From the IMG/VR virus record IMGVR_UViG_642979322_000008: a stretch of DNA of 39,386 nt, one strand, 5' to 3'. The DNA comes from a virus. Lineage: Duplodnaviria > Heunggongvirae > Uroviricota > Caudoviricetes. A model generated the notes under the pieces. It saw only the letters and a program-made list of their open reading frames with translations. It was not told the DNA's origin and made no database searches. Below, piece by piece: positions 8,939 through 18,189 of this stretch (position 1 is the stretch's first letter; each line of letters begins with the position of its first letter). A program made the translations under genes and the position numbers.

Positions 8939-9224
8939 TTCTCTGTTGTTCTGGTGCTTATATATCACATCCTTTTTCGGCGCATTTGTTATTACCCGGT
9001 GGTTATGTCGAAAAATCATCTGCTTTTTTGATAAAAGACATCCGGTTGAACGGGCGGCTGATGCGCTCATTCAGCAGGCCATTGTGTTATATAGCGGTGA
9101 GTTTTTCTGCCGGATAACAACCAGAGATGGCTGGCACATAATGATTATTCCACCAACACACCATGCCCGGTGGGATGAGGCAGAAAAGGCTTTCCATGTC
9201 CGTAAAAAGGTAAATACGGTATGA
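8928..9224 (+). CDS. hypothetical protein with N-terminal TM helix
   Basis: 98-aa ORF, hydrophobic N-terminus LLFWCLYITSFFGAFVI. Confidence 0.4.
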   Translation: MDNSSLLFWCLYITSFFGAFVITRWLCRKIICFFDKRHPVERAADALIQQAIVLYSGEFFCRITTRDGWHIMIIPPTHHARWDEAEKAFHVRKKVNTV

Positions 9225-9730
9225 GAGGAAAACTGATATCCGCCATTCATGTGGCAAAGCGCGAGCTTGCCCTGGATGATGAGACTTATACATCCGCGCT
9301 GCTGGCAGCCACCGGCAAAACCAGCTGCCGGGATATGTCACCGGATGAGTTATCCCGCGTGCTGGATGTTTTCAAAAAACGCGGTTTTAAAGTGCGTCAG
9401 AACCCGGTTAACCGGGCCTTAAAACCGGGTACGGTGACCGCCAAAATTCGCGCCATCTGGAAGGTGATGCACCGGCAGGGCTTTATCACCGATGGTGCGG
9501 AAACCGCCCTTAACCGCTGGGTGAAATCGCAGACGGCCGCGCAGAACGGCGGCGAAGGTGTGGCAAACTGGCAGTGGCTGGAGCAACACCCCGCCCTGGC
9601 CTCAGATGTGCTGGAGCGTCTCAAGCGATGGCACCGCCGCAAAATGCTGGCCGCGATGGGAATGCCCGAACGCACGCTGATGGGGTATGACGCCGTTTGC
9701 AGGCAGTATGAAAAATCACTTCCCCGTTAA
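9221..9730 (+). CDS. gemA: GemA-like protein (Mu gp16 family)
   Basis: 169-aa ORF; N-terminal LISAIHVAKRELALDDETY...TGKTS matches recalled Mu GemA; position before Mor/C gene. Confidence 0.75.
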   Translation: MRGKLISAIHVAKRELALDDETYTSALLAATGKTSCRDMSPDELSRVLDVFKKRGFKVRQNPVNRALKPGTVTAKIRAIWKVMHRQGFITDGAETALNRWVKSQTAAQNGGEGVANWQWLEQHPALASDVLERLKRWHRRKMLAAMGMPERTLMGYDAVCRQYEKSLPR

Positions 9731-9734
9731 CCCC

Positions 9735-9765
9735 AAATCCCGCCACAACGCGGGATTTTTATTTT
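9735..9765 (+). terminator. rho-independent terminator after gemA
   Basis: Stem AAATCCCGC / GCGGGATTT with 6-nt loop followed by TTATTTT. Confidence 0.65.
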
Positions 9766-9799
9766 AAACTTACCGGGAACGCGAGAACCGGAGGCTGAT

Positions 9800-10225
9800 A
9801 TGGCAGAAACTCAGATGAGCATGTTTGGTGGTGACAGTGAGCAACTGCACGCCCTTATCGACCGCCTTGATGACATCCCTGATGATGTTCTCAAAAAGAA
9901 CTGGCCGCGGACCCTGTCAGAACTGGTTGAAGTCACCGGCGCAGAACTTCAGCGTCAGGGGATTGAGCCGGTACTGGCCGGTAAACTGGCACGCAAGGTG
10001 GCTGCGGCTCAGGCAGCCTATATGGGCGGACGGGGTTATTACCTGCCGGTCGGGGAATCTCTCTTTGCCGAGCTGCGAAACAATGAGATATTTTCGCGCT
10101 GGGACCGGGGCGAGAAAATTGAATCCCTTCGCCGCCATTACCGGATGTCAGAAACCCAGATTTATACCGTCATACGCGAACAGCGCCGTCTGCATCTGGC
10201 AAGAACGCAACCGCCACTTTTCTGA
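9800..10225 (+). CDS. Mor/C-family transcription activator (middle/late gene activator)
   Basis: 141-aa ORF with C-terminal HTH (ETQIYTVIREQRRL); architecture like Mu Mor and C; only one such gene found. Confidence 0.75.
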   Translation: MAETQMSMFGGDSEQLHALIDRLDDIPDDVLKKNWPRTLSELVEVTGAELQRQGIEPVLAGKLARKVAAAQAAYMGGRGYYLPVGESLFAELRNNEIFSRWDRGEKIESLRRHYRMSETQIYTVIREQRRLHLARTQPPLF

Positions 10226-10296
10226 TATTCCGCAAAGCCTGCCGCCTCTCCTTCACCGTTACGCTGACTCAGAGAACATCATGAGACAGCGTAACA

Positions 10297-10797
10297 ATGC
10301 CAAAACTCCCCGCACCACTGCGTAAAAAGCTGATTGCCCTTGTTCTGGCCGGTGCCGGGACGTTCACGATTGCCACGCATTACACCGGTTACTGGGAAGG
10401 GAAAGAAAACTCCACGTATATCGATCCCACCGGTACACCCACCATCTGTTACGGCCATACCGGCCCGGATGTGAAACCGGGTATGACCCTGACAGATGAA
10501 GAATGCCTGGAACTACTGGAAAAGGACATGAAATGGGCCTTTGCGGCCATTGATCGGCGTGTTCAGGTGCCGCTTACCCGTGGTCAGACGGTGGCGCTGG
10601 CTTCGTGGATCTTCTGGGCCGGTGAAACGAACTTTCGCAACTCCACGCTTCTGCGCCTGATCAATGCCGGGCAGATGCCCGCGTCCTGTAAGCAGTATAT
10701 CCGCTGGATTTATTCAAAGGGGGTGAAACTCCCCGGCCTTGAGGCCCGCCGTTCGGCGGATGAATGGTTATGTCGCTACGACTTGCCGAAAGTCTGA
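10297..10797 (+). CDS. lys: SAR endolysin (lysozyme, T4-like glycoside hydrolase fold)
   Basis: N-terminal signal-anchor LIALVLAGAGTFTIATHY followed by E...D...T catalytic spacing (YWEGKENSTYIDPTGTPT). Confidence 0.8.
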   Translation: MPKLPAPLRKKLIALVLAGAGTFTIATHYTGYWEGKENSTYIDPTGTPTICYGHTGPDVKPGMTLTDEECLELLEKDMKWAFAAIDRRVQVPLTRGQTVALASWIFWAGETNFRNSTLLRLINAGQMPASCKQYIRWIYSKGVKLPGLEARRSADEWLCRYDLPKV

Positions 10798-10870
10798 ACC
10801 GCTTCTGGCGACCGCTCATGATAGCGCTGCTGTGTGCGGTACTGCTGTTACGGGGTGTCCTGTGGCTGCG

Positions 10871-11260
10871 GTGAATAATGCCTTACCGGCCCTGATTGCC
10901 GGGGCGTGCATGGCGGCGCTGGGGATTATCGCTGTACTGGTTGCCGCTATATGGGGAATGCACCAGAAGACGCAGCGCCTTGAAGACAATAATCAGGTGC
11001 TTGTGCGTGAGCGGGATGAGGCGCGTCAGGTGCTGGCAAATCAGCAGCACACCCTGCAACTCATTTCACAAATCAGTGAGGCGGCCACGAATGAAAAACA
11101 ACAGAACATTCAGCACAGCGAGGGGCAGCAGAGCGTTGTCCGCCGGTCGCTGGCAGCAGTGCCTGCGGCCTCTGCCCCTGTTCCTGATGATGTGGCTGAT
11201 CGGGTGCGCCGGGCCGTCTGTGAAATACGTGCCTGTGAAGCCGGTGCCGATCCCCGCTGA
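10871..11260 (+). CDS. i-spanin (Rz-like); start uncertain
   Basis: N-terminal TM segment ALIAGACMAALGIIAVLVAAIWG then charged/coiled region; GTG 10871 chosen, other in-frame starts possible. Confidence 0.45.
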   Translation: MNNALPALIAGACMAALGIIAVLVAAIWGMHQKTQRLEDNNQVLVRERDEARQVLANQQHTLQLISQISEAATNEKQQNIQHSEGQQSVVRRSLAAVPAASAPVPDDVADRVRRAVCEIRACEAGADPR

Positions 11261-11462
11261 ATGGCTGGCTGACTGCCTGGTCCCTCCTGCGCCGGAGCCG
11301 TTCACGTTTGGGGCATCGGTCACTTACAACCTGCAACTGCTGGCGGTGATCAAGAACTGCAACGTGGACAAGGCCAGTATTCGTCGTCTGGAGACGCGGC
11401 GACAACATGAATTTACTGATATGGCCGGAACGCCTGCTGTTCCGGCAGGAAAAACGAAGTAA
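11091..11462 (+). CDS. o-spanin (Rz1-like lipoprotein), overlapping i-spanin in another frame
   Basis: Lipobox-like LIGC followed by Pro-rich sequence; start uncertain. Confidence 0.45.
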   Translation: MKNNRTFSTARGSRALSAGRWQQCLRPLPLFLMMWLIGCAGPSVKYVPVKPVPIPAEWLADCLVPPAPEPFTFGASVTYNLQLLAVIKNCNVDKASIRRLETRRQHEFTDMAGTPAVPAGKTK

Positions 11463-11471
11463 GGAAAAGGT

Positions 11472-11699
11472 ATGGATGATTCAGATCGTGCTCAGGCTGT
11501 GATGGAGCGGGGATCAGAACGCGCCCTTTGTAACCGGCTGACACGTAAGCGCCAGGCAGTGGATACGCCGGGCAGACGTGTCTGCGCGGACTGTGGCGGA
11601 GAGATCCCCGCCGCACGTCTTGTTGCTGTGCCGGATGCCATCCGTTGTGTGAACTGCCAGAACATCATGGAGGCCCGTCATGTGGGTCAGCATCGTTAA
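11472..11699 (+). CDS. TraR/DksA-family C4 zinc-finger protein
   Basis: CxxC...CxxC (CADCGG...CVNCQ) in a 75-aa ORF. Confidence 0.6.
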   Translation: MDDSDRAQAVMERGSERALCNRLTRKRQAVDTPGRRVCADCGGEIPAARLVAVPDAIRCVNCQNIMEARHVGQHR

Positions 11700-11988
11700 A
11701 GATTATGTTGTGCCGATCCTTTCGGCGACGGCAACCGCTGGCGGGATATTCATGGCGCTGATGCGCAAAACGTTTGTCCCCCGCGAGGCCTTTGAAAAAC
11801 TCTCCGACCGCGTTGAGAAGGTGGAAACCCGCCTGTCGTCACTGCCGACAGAAGCCGAGGTCAACCGTCTGAATGTGGAAATCGTGACCCTGCGGGGTGA
11901 ACTGAAAACCACGAACGCCACGCTCCGCTCTGTCTCCTATCAGAACGAACTGCTGCTGGAGCAGGCTGTAAGGAAAAAAACGCAATGA
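11680..11988 (+). CDS. hypothetical membrane-anchored protein (Mu gp25-like position)
   Basis: N-terminal hydrophobic segment then coiled-coil-like region. Confidence 0.5.
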   Translation: MWVSIVKDYVVPILSATATAGGIFMALMRKTFVPREAFEKLSDRVEKVETRLSSLPTEAEVNRLNVEIVTLRGELKTTNATLRSVSYQNELLLEQAVRKKTQ

Positions 11989-12275
11989 GTGATTTCATTA
12001 CTGAAGATCAGCGTCTGGTCATTCTGCGGTCGCTGGCAGATTACAACGGTGAACTGGGTGAATCCGTGCTCCAGGACTGTCTGGATGATTACGGCCACCG
12101 CGTGTCCCGCGACACCGTTCACACCCACATTGCCTGGCTTGCCGAGCAGGGACTGGTGCGCAAACGCGTTCTGATTAACGGTTATTTCATCGCGGAACTG
12201 ACCGGTCGTGGGCAGGATGTGGCGGAAGGCCGGGTCTGCGTTCCGGGTGTGAAGAAACCACGCGCAAGGGGGTAA
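11985..12275 (+). CDS. hypothetical protein (Mu gp26-like position)
   Basis: 96-aa ORF overlapping neighbours by 4 nt. Confidence 0.5.
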   Translation: MSDFITEDQRLVILRSLADYNGELGESVLQDCLDDYGHRVSRDTVHTHIAWLAEQGLVRKRVLINGYFIAELTGRGQDVAEGRVCVPGVKKPRARG

Positions 12276-12277
12276 CG

Positions 12278-12859
12278 ATGGACAAGCCGACGCGTGGTCG
12301 TGTACGCAAGGTGGATTTGCTCCCCGACAGCATCCGTAAGCCGCTGCTGGAAATGCTGCGTGAAAAACGTCTGACGCAGGTCCAGATCCGTGAGGAAATC
12401 AACCGTCTGATCCGTGAGGCGGGCCTGCCGGAAGAGCAGCAGCTTTCACCGGCGGCCATCAGCCGGGAAGCCTCCCGTAATGAGCTGATTGCCCGTAACC
12501 TGCGTGATTTACGCGAGCAGACAAAAGCCATGATGGCCGAACTGGGGGACAAGCCGACCGGTGAAACCACAGCGCTGATTCTGGAAATGTCCCGCGCCCT
12601 GATGTACCGCCGCCTGCGTGCCGCGACCGAATCTCTGAACAGCGACAGCGACGTGGATATGCGCCTCATCAAAGACATCCTCCTGTCAGCACAGCGTGCG
12701 GAAAGTGCCGCCGAGCGCAGCATTAAGCGTGAAAAAGAAATCCGGGCCGCATTTGCTGAAGAGATGGCAAACGCGGTCACCGACGAGCTGCGCGGCGTGG
12801 ACGGGATGAGTGAACAGCTTGAGTCCCGTATTAAGGGGATTCTGTTGGGTAAAGCCTGA
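12278..12859 (+). CDS. putative terminase small subunit (Mu gp27-like)
   Basis: 193-aa ORF immediately upstream of, and overlapping, the large terminase gene. Confidence 0.55.
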   Translation: MDKPTRGRVRKVDLLPDSIRKPLLEMLREKRLTQVQIREEINRLIREAGLPEEQQLSPAAISREASRNELIARNLRDLREQTKAMMAELGDKPTGETTALILEMSRALMYRRLRAATESLNSDSDVDMRLIKDILLSAQRAESAAERSIKREKEIRAAFAEEMANAVTDELRGVDGMSEQLESRIKGILLGKA

Positions 12860-14523
12860 TGAATAACGCCGAAGAACTCTCACCCTTACTGACGAATACC
12901 GTCTCCACCCGCAAAATTGATCTGGCCGGTGAAAAAGCCCTGCTGGGCGTGGATGTGCCGGACAGCCTTGATTTGCCCGGTGATATGCCGGTGTTTCTGG
13001 ATTATCAGGCCCGCTGGTTTGAGGATGAAAGCGAGGTCTGCATCGCGGAAAAATCCCGCCGCACCGGGCTTACCTGGGCGGAAGCCGGGCGTAACGTCAT
13101 TACCGCTGCAAAACCGAAGCGGCGTGGTGGCCGCAATGTGTTTTATGTGGGGTCAAAGCAGGAGATGGCGCTGGAATATATTTCTGCCTGTGCACTGTTC
13201 TCCCGTGCCTTTAACCAGCTGGCAGATGCTGATGTGTATGAGCAGACCTTCTGGGATCGGGATAAAAAAGAAGAAATTCTGACCTACATGATCCGCTTTC
13301 CGAACAGTGGATTCAAAATTCAGGCACTGTCTTCCCGTCCGTCAAACCTGCGCGGCCTTCAGGGGGATGTGGTGATTGATGAAGCCGCGTTCCACGAGTC
13401 ACTGGATGAGCTTCTCAAGGCGGCAATGGCGCTTACCATGTGGGGCGCGCGCGTGCGTATTATCTCCACGCATAACGGCGTCGATAATCTGTTTAATCAG
13501 TACATTCAGGAAGCCCGCGAAGGGCGCAAGGATTACAGCGTCCACCGCATTACCCTGGATGATGCCATTGCGGACGGGCTGTACCGTCGTATCTGTTATG
13601 TCACCGGCCGCGAATGGTCACCGGAAAGCGAGCAGAAGTGGCGTGATGATCTCTACAAAAACGCCCCGACCCGTGAGGATGCCGACGAGGAATACGGCTG
13701 TATCCCGAAAAAATCCGGCGGTGCCTATATTCCTCACGCGCTTATTGAAATGGCGATGCTCCGCGACATCCCGATTCTGACGTTTGAAGCCCCGGACGAC
13801 TTCATCAGCCGTGCCGCATGGCTGCGTGAATCGGAAGTTTTAACCTGGTGTGAAGAACATTTAAAACCGCTTTTAGAGGCGTTAAATCCCCGTTCCCGCT
13901 TCAGCTTCGGGGAAGACTTTGCCCGCACCGGTGACCTGTCCTGCTTTGTGCTGCTGGAAATCACTGAATCCCTGGCAAAACGCGAGGTGTTTCGCGTGGA
14001 GCTGCGCAACCTGCCGTATGCCCAGCAGGAGCAGGTGATGATGTACATCCTGACCCGCGTTCCGGCGCTGGTCGGTGCGGCGTTCGACGCCACCGGTAAC
14101 GGCGGCTATCTGGCCGAAGCCGCGCTGCTGGCCTTTGGCCCGGACATCATCGACTGCGTGATGTTATCGCCGAAGTGGTACGGTGAGTGGATGCCAAAAC
14201 TGAAGGCCGAGTTTGAGGATCAGAATATCCTCGTCGCCCGCCATCAGACCACGCTTGATGATTTGCGCCATGTGAAGGTGGTGAACGGTATCCCGCAAAT
14301 CGACAAGGGGCGTACGAAGGACCAGAACGCAACGGCTGTGAACGCCCGCCGCCATGGTGATTTTGCCGTGGCGCTCTGTATGGCAAACCGGGCGTCATAC
14401 ATGGAGGGCTTCATCCTGGATGAATCAGCCTGTCAGGCGCTGCCGGAGCGGTCGCGGGCAATGGAGGGCGGTTATCGTGATGACGATGAGGCATATCATG
14501 AATTTGATCGGGGGTGCTGGTAG
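12859..14523 (+). CDS. terminase large subunit (Mu gp28-like)
   Basis: 554-aa ORF; size and position upstream of portal. Confidence 0.8.
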   Translation: MNNAEELSPLLTNTVSTRKIDLAGEKALLGVDVPDSLDLPGDMPVFLDYQARWFEDESEVCIAEKSRRTGLTWAEAGRNVITAAKPKRRGGRNVFYVGSKQEMALEYISACALFSRAFNQLADADVYEQTFWDRDKKEEILTYMIRFPNSGFKIQALSSRPSNLRGLQGDVVIDEAAFHESLDELLKAAMALTMWGARVRIISTHNGVDNLFNQYIQEAREGRKDYSVHRITLDDAIADGLYRRICYVTGREWSPESEQKWRDDLYKNAPTREDADEEYGCIPKKSGGAYIPHALIEMAMLRDIPILTFEAPDDFISRAAWLRESEVLTWCEEHLKPLLEALNPRSRFSFGEDFARTGDLSCFVLLEITESLAKREVFRVELRNLPYAQQEQVMMYILTRVPALVGAAFDATGNGGYLAEAALLAFGPDIIDCVMLSPKWYGEWMPKLKAEFEDQNILVARHQTTLDDLRHVKVVNGIPQIDKGRTKDQNATAVNARRHGDFAVALCMANRASYMEGFILDESACQALPERSRAMEGGYRDDDEAYHEFDRGCW

Positions 14524-16112
14524 TGGGACGCATAATTGATCTTGACGGAAAACCTTTCTCCTTTGACCCGGAGATGCAGAGTGCCGTGCTGGATATTCCG
14601 CAGATTGCCAGCCGTTATATTGAACATCCGGCCTCGGGTATCACCCCGAACCGGGCGGCGCAGTGCCTTCGCGGGGCTGAACGTGGCGATCTGATTGCCC
14701 AGTCCGATCTGGCGGCTGACATTGAAGAAAAGGATACCCACCTTTTTGCAGAGCTGGGCAAGCGACGTCTTGCCATTCAGAGCGTGCCCTGGAGTATTGA
14801 GCCGCCACCGAACGCCAGCGCGAATGAGAAAAAGGACGCGGAAATGCTCGACGAATATCTGCATTCCGCCGACTGGTTTGATGCCATGCTGTTTGACGCC
14901 ACGGATGCCATCCTGAAGGGCTATTCCTGCATGGAGATTGAGCACGGGATGCTCGGTAAAATGCACATCATCCGCGCCATCCGCTGGCGTGACAGCGGGC
15001 ATTTCTGCCTTAACCCGGATGATTTGAGCGAACTGCGGCTGCGTGACGGCAGCCATGCCGGGGTGGCGTTTCAGCCCTTTGGCTGGGTAGTGCATCAGTC
15101 ACGTTCACGCACCGGTTACGGTGGTGCGACGGGGCTTGTCAGAACGCTTATCTGGCCGTTCATTTTCAAAAACTATTCCGTGCGCGATCTGGCTGAATTT
15201 CTGGAGGTGTACGGCCTGCCGATGAAGGTCGGTAAATACCCGTCCGGGGCAACATCGGAGCAGAAAAGCGCCCTGATGCGGGCGGTGATGGATATCGGGC
15301 GACGTACAGGCGGGATCATCCCGGCCGGGATGTCGCTGGAGTTTCAGGTAGCCGCGAACGGTCAGGCCGATCCGTTTGAAACCATGATTTCGTGGGGGGA
15401 GCGTTCCATCTCCAAAGCTATCCTCGGCGGCACGCTGACCACGGAAGCCGGAGACAAAGGCGCGCGCTCACTGGGTGAGGTGCATAACGAGGTGCGCCGG
15501 GAAATCAGGGATTCTGATTTACGTCAGCTGGCCGCCACGCTGAACCGCGATCTGGTGTATCCGCTGTATGCCCTGAACACCGCCCACGCCATAGATATCC
15601 GTCGCCTGCCGCGTATCTGTTTCCAGACAAAAGAGCCGGGGGATATCACCAAAATCACCAGTGCGGTGATGCAGCTCAGTACGGGGATGGATATTCCTGA
15701 TCCCTGGGTACGGGACCAGACCGGTATTCCACAGCCTGCCCCCGGTGAAGCCATCTTCCGTGTCCGTCAGAGTGGCAATGAACCTGCTCAGACAGACAAA
15801 GAGATGCCACCGGAAAAACAGGAGAAGACAGAGCAGACGGCGCTGTCAGCCCGACTGCCGGAAGCGAAAAGCAGCCCCCGTGATGAACTGGACGATATGG
15901 GGGATGCGGTGCCTGCCCGCCGGTTACAGGACGCTATCGACCCGCTGCTGGAGCCGGTCATTGATGCCATCAGAACGCGGGGGCTGGCGGATGCGCTGGC
16001 AGACCTGCCTGCCCTTTACCGTGAAATGGATGATTCCCGCCTGATGACGCTGCTCAGTGATGCCATGTTTGCTGCGGAAATGAAGGGGATGCTGGATGGC
16101 ACAGGGGATTGA
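14514..16112 (+). CDS. portal protein (Mu gp29-like)
   Basis: 532-aa ORF, GTG start overlapping terminase stop. Confidence 0.8.
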   Translation: MLVVGRIIDLDGKPFSFDPEMQSAVLDIPQIASRYIEHPASGITPNRAAQCLRGAERGDLIAQSDLAADIEEKDTHLFAELGKRRLAIQSVPWSIEPPPNASANEKKDAEMLDEYLHSADWFDAMLFDATDAILKGYSCMEIEHGMLGKMHIIRAIRWRDSGHFCLNPDDLSELRLRDGSHAGVAFQPFGWVVHQSRSRTGYGGATGLVRTLIWPFIFKNYSVRDLAEFLEVYGLPMKVGKYPSGATSEQKSALMRAVMDIGRRTGGIIPAGMSLEFQVAANGQADPFETMISWGERSISKAILGGTLTTEAGDKGARSLGEVHNEVRREIRDSDLRQLAATLNRDLVYPLYALNTAHAIDIRRLPRICFQTKEPGDITKITSAVMQLSTGMDIPDPWVRDQTGIPQPAPGEAIFRVRQSGNEPAQTDKEMPPEKQEKTEQTALSARLPEAKSSPRDELDDMGDAVPARRLQDAIDPLLEPVIDAIRTRGLADALADLPALYREMDDSRLMTLLSDAMFAAEMKGMLDGTGD

Positions 16113-17421
16113 TTTAGGTTATGCCGCCACCCTTCCCTCAAAAGAGGCGGTGGCATACTTCCGCGCCAAAGGGGCGCATATCAGCTGGAACTGGTTCGAA
16201 ACAGACGCAGATGTTCATGCCCGATCGTTCACGGCGGCAAAAGCGGCACGCCTGGACGTACTGACCACACTACAGGCGGAAGTGCAACGGGCCATTGATG
16301 AGGGGATTTCACAGAAAGCATTTATCCGCACACTGACACCCCGCCTGCAAAAGCTGGGATGGTGGGGGAAGCAGATTGTGGTGGACAGCGCCGGTAACGC
16401 AGAAGAAGTACAGCTGGGCAGTCCCCGCCGTCTGGCGCTGATTTACAACGTGAACACCCGCGTGGCTTACAATGCCGGGCGTTACACGCAGATGATGAAC
16501 AACACGGACACGCATCCGTTCTGGCAGTATGTGGCGGTCATGGACAGCCGTACCCGCCCGTCGCATTCCACCCTTAACGGTCTGGTATTCCGCTATGATG
16601 ATCCGTTCTGGAAAACACACTACCCACCCAATGGCTGGAACTGCCGCTGCCGTGTGCGGCCATTGTCTCAGGCCCGTCTGGATGCAATGGGGTTATCCGT
16701 TTCATCCGGTGAGGATCATCTCTCCACCCGCAATGTTGAGGCTGGCGTGGATAAACAGACCGGAGAAGTCAGAGAAATGCCGGTGACCACATATTCAGAT
16801 GGCACCAGAACCATGACACCGGATGTGGGCTGGTCATATAACCCCGGTTCGGCGGCGTTCGGCACAGACCAGGCGCTGATCCGTAAACTGATCGAGGTGA
16901 AAAGCCCGGCGTTACGGGAAATGGTGGTTCAGGAGATGAACAACAGCCCGGAGCGGCAGCTGGCGTTCCGCATCTGGGCAAAAAATATCATGAAAACCCG
17001 GCGCGGTGGTCACGATATCCGCACGCTGGGCTTTATGACCGAAAGTATTGCGCAGGCAGTGGAAAGCCGGACAGGAACGCCACCGGCCCGCCTGCTGGCG
17101 ATGAGCGGTAAAAATGTGCTCCATGCGGACAGTGTGAAACATCAGAATGACGGTATCGCCCTGACGCCGGAGGATTTCGCGCAGCTTCCCGCCATGCTGG
17201 CTGCCCCCGATGCCGTGCTGTGGGATCATGTCCATCAGAACCTGCTTTACATCACTGAAACCCGTGACGGAACGGCAAAGATTGCCGTCAATGCGCCTTA
17301 TGGTGTGAAGCGCCAGCCGGATAAGCTGGATGTGGTAATTAATGCTTACCGGGTAAATAAATTTGATATTGAAAAAGCAATAGAGGGCGGAAAGCTGGAA
17401 CTACTGGAAGGTAAATTGTAA
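16096..17421 (+). CDS. head morphogenesis protein, Mu F (gp30)-like
   Basis: 441-aa ORF following portal, overlapping start. Confidence 0.75.
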   Translation: MAQGIDLGYAATLPSKEAVAYFRAKGAHISWNWFETDADVHARSFTAAKAARLDVLTTLQAEVQRAIDEGISQKAFIRTLTPRLQKLGWWGKQIVVDSAGNAEEVQLGSPRRLALIYNVNTRVAYNAGRYTQMMNNTDTHPFWQYVAVMDSRTRPSHSTLNGLVFRYDDPFWKTHYPPNGWNCRCRVRPLSQARLDAMGLSVSSGEDHLSTRNVEAGVDKQTGEVREMPVTTYSDGTRTMTPDVGWSYNPGSAAFGTDQALIRKLIEVKSPALREMVVQEMNNSPERQLAFRIWAKNIMKTRRGGHDIRTLGFMTESIAQAVESRTGTPPARLLAMSGKNVLHADSVKHQNDGIALTPEDFAQLPAMLAAPDAVLWDHVHQNLLYITETRDGTAKIAVNAPYGVKRQPDKLDVVINAYRVNKFDIEKAIEGGKLELLEGKL

Positions 17422-17539
17422 GCCGGTGACGGGGGTCGAACCCGCATAAACATATGACCCCTGAGGGTTTATGCCGCTTTACCAGTTAAGAGTACACCGG
17501 CCTGTATTTATTTTAATCAGATAGTTTTAAGGAGGCAAC

Positions 17540-18013
17540 ATGTCATCCATCGATGCAGCCGTGGTGGTGGACGTTGCGCGTCTCCAGCGGGTCTTTGCCC
17601 GGCTTCAGTTTGTGGGTGGTGGAAAAGACCTGGCCCGCAGTGTGGCGTCCAGCCTTCTGTCATCGTCAGAAATGGCGTTTGAACAGGAAAAAGAGCCGGA
17701 CGGCGAACGCTGGCATGACTGGTCAGATCCTTACCGCAAGTGGCGTACCCGTAAGGGAAACATGCCCGGCAAAATCCTGACGCTGAACGGCGATCTGGCC
17801 CGACGCCTGACCACGGATTATGGCGATACCTGGGCGCTGATTGGATCAAATGAGCCTTATGCGGCCATTCATCAGTGGGGTGGCCTGCCAGGTATGCCGC
17901 CTGGACCGGCGGCCATTGGTGCACGTCCGTATATGGGTTTTGATCAGGTGGCAGAGCAGGAGATCATGGACGAAATCAGAAAACGCTTTAAAAAGGCCAC
18001 AGAAACGCCTTAA
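17540..18013 (+). CDS. virion morphogenesis protein, Mu G-like
   Basis: 157-aa ORF with RBS AAGGAGG; position between F and I. Confidence 0.7.
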   Translation: MSSIDAAVVVDVARLQRVFARLQFVGGGKDLARSVASSLLSSSEMAFEQEKEPDGERWHDWSDPYRKWRTRKGNMPGKILTLNGDLARRLTTDYGDTWALIGSNEPYAAIHQWGGLPGMPPGPAAIGARPYMGFDQVAEQEIMDEIRKRFKKATETP

Positions 18014-18189
18014 TTGTTTAAGGTATGCAAATGCATTACCTTACCCCCTTCAGGCGCGTGTCGTGATTTTCTAACCTGTATTTAACGGGCTTTAAAATCT
18101 GCGTGAAGCGCCTTTGTATTTTTCCCCTGGAAGCACTTCCTGAAATCCCGCAAAACCCGCCCTGAAAATTCCCGGCCTATGCTGCCGGA

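Noticed and set aside
12187-12780. Minus-strand 197-aa Arg/Ser-rich ORF
   Set aside because: Antisense to the plus-strand gene at 12278-12859, which fits the operon's overlapping start/stop chain; composition typical of antisense artefact.
14496-15095. Minus-strand 199-aa ORF
   Set aside because: Antisense to the portal gene.
17421-17500. Calling a functional tRNA gene
   Set aside because: Acceptor and T-arm are canonical, but no standard D-arm or 7-nt anticodon loop can be drawn; reported only as a tRNA-like element.
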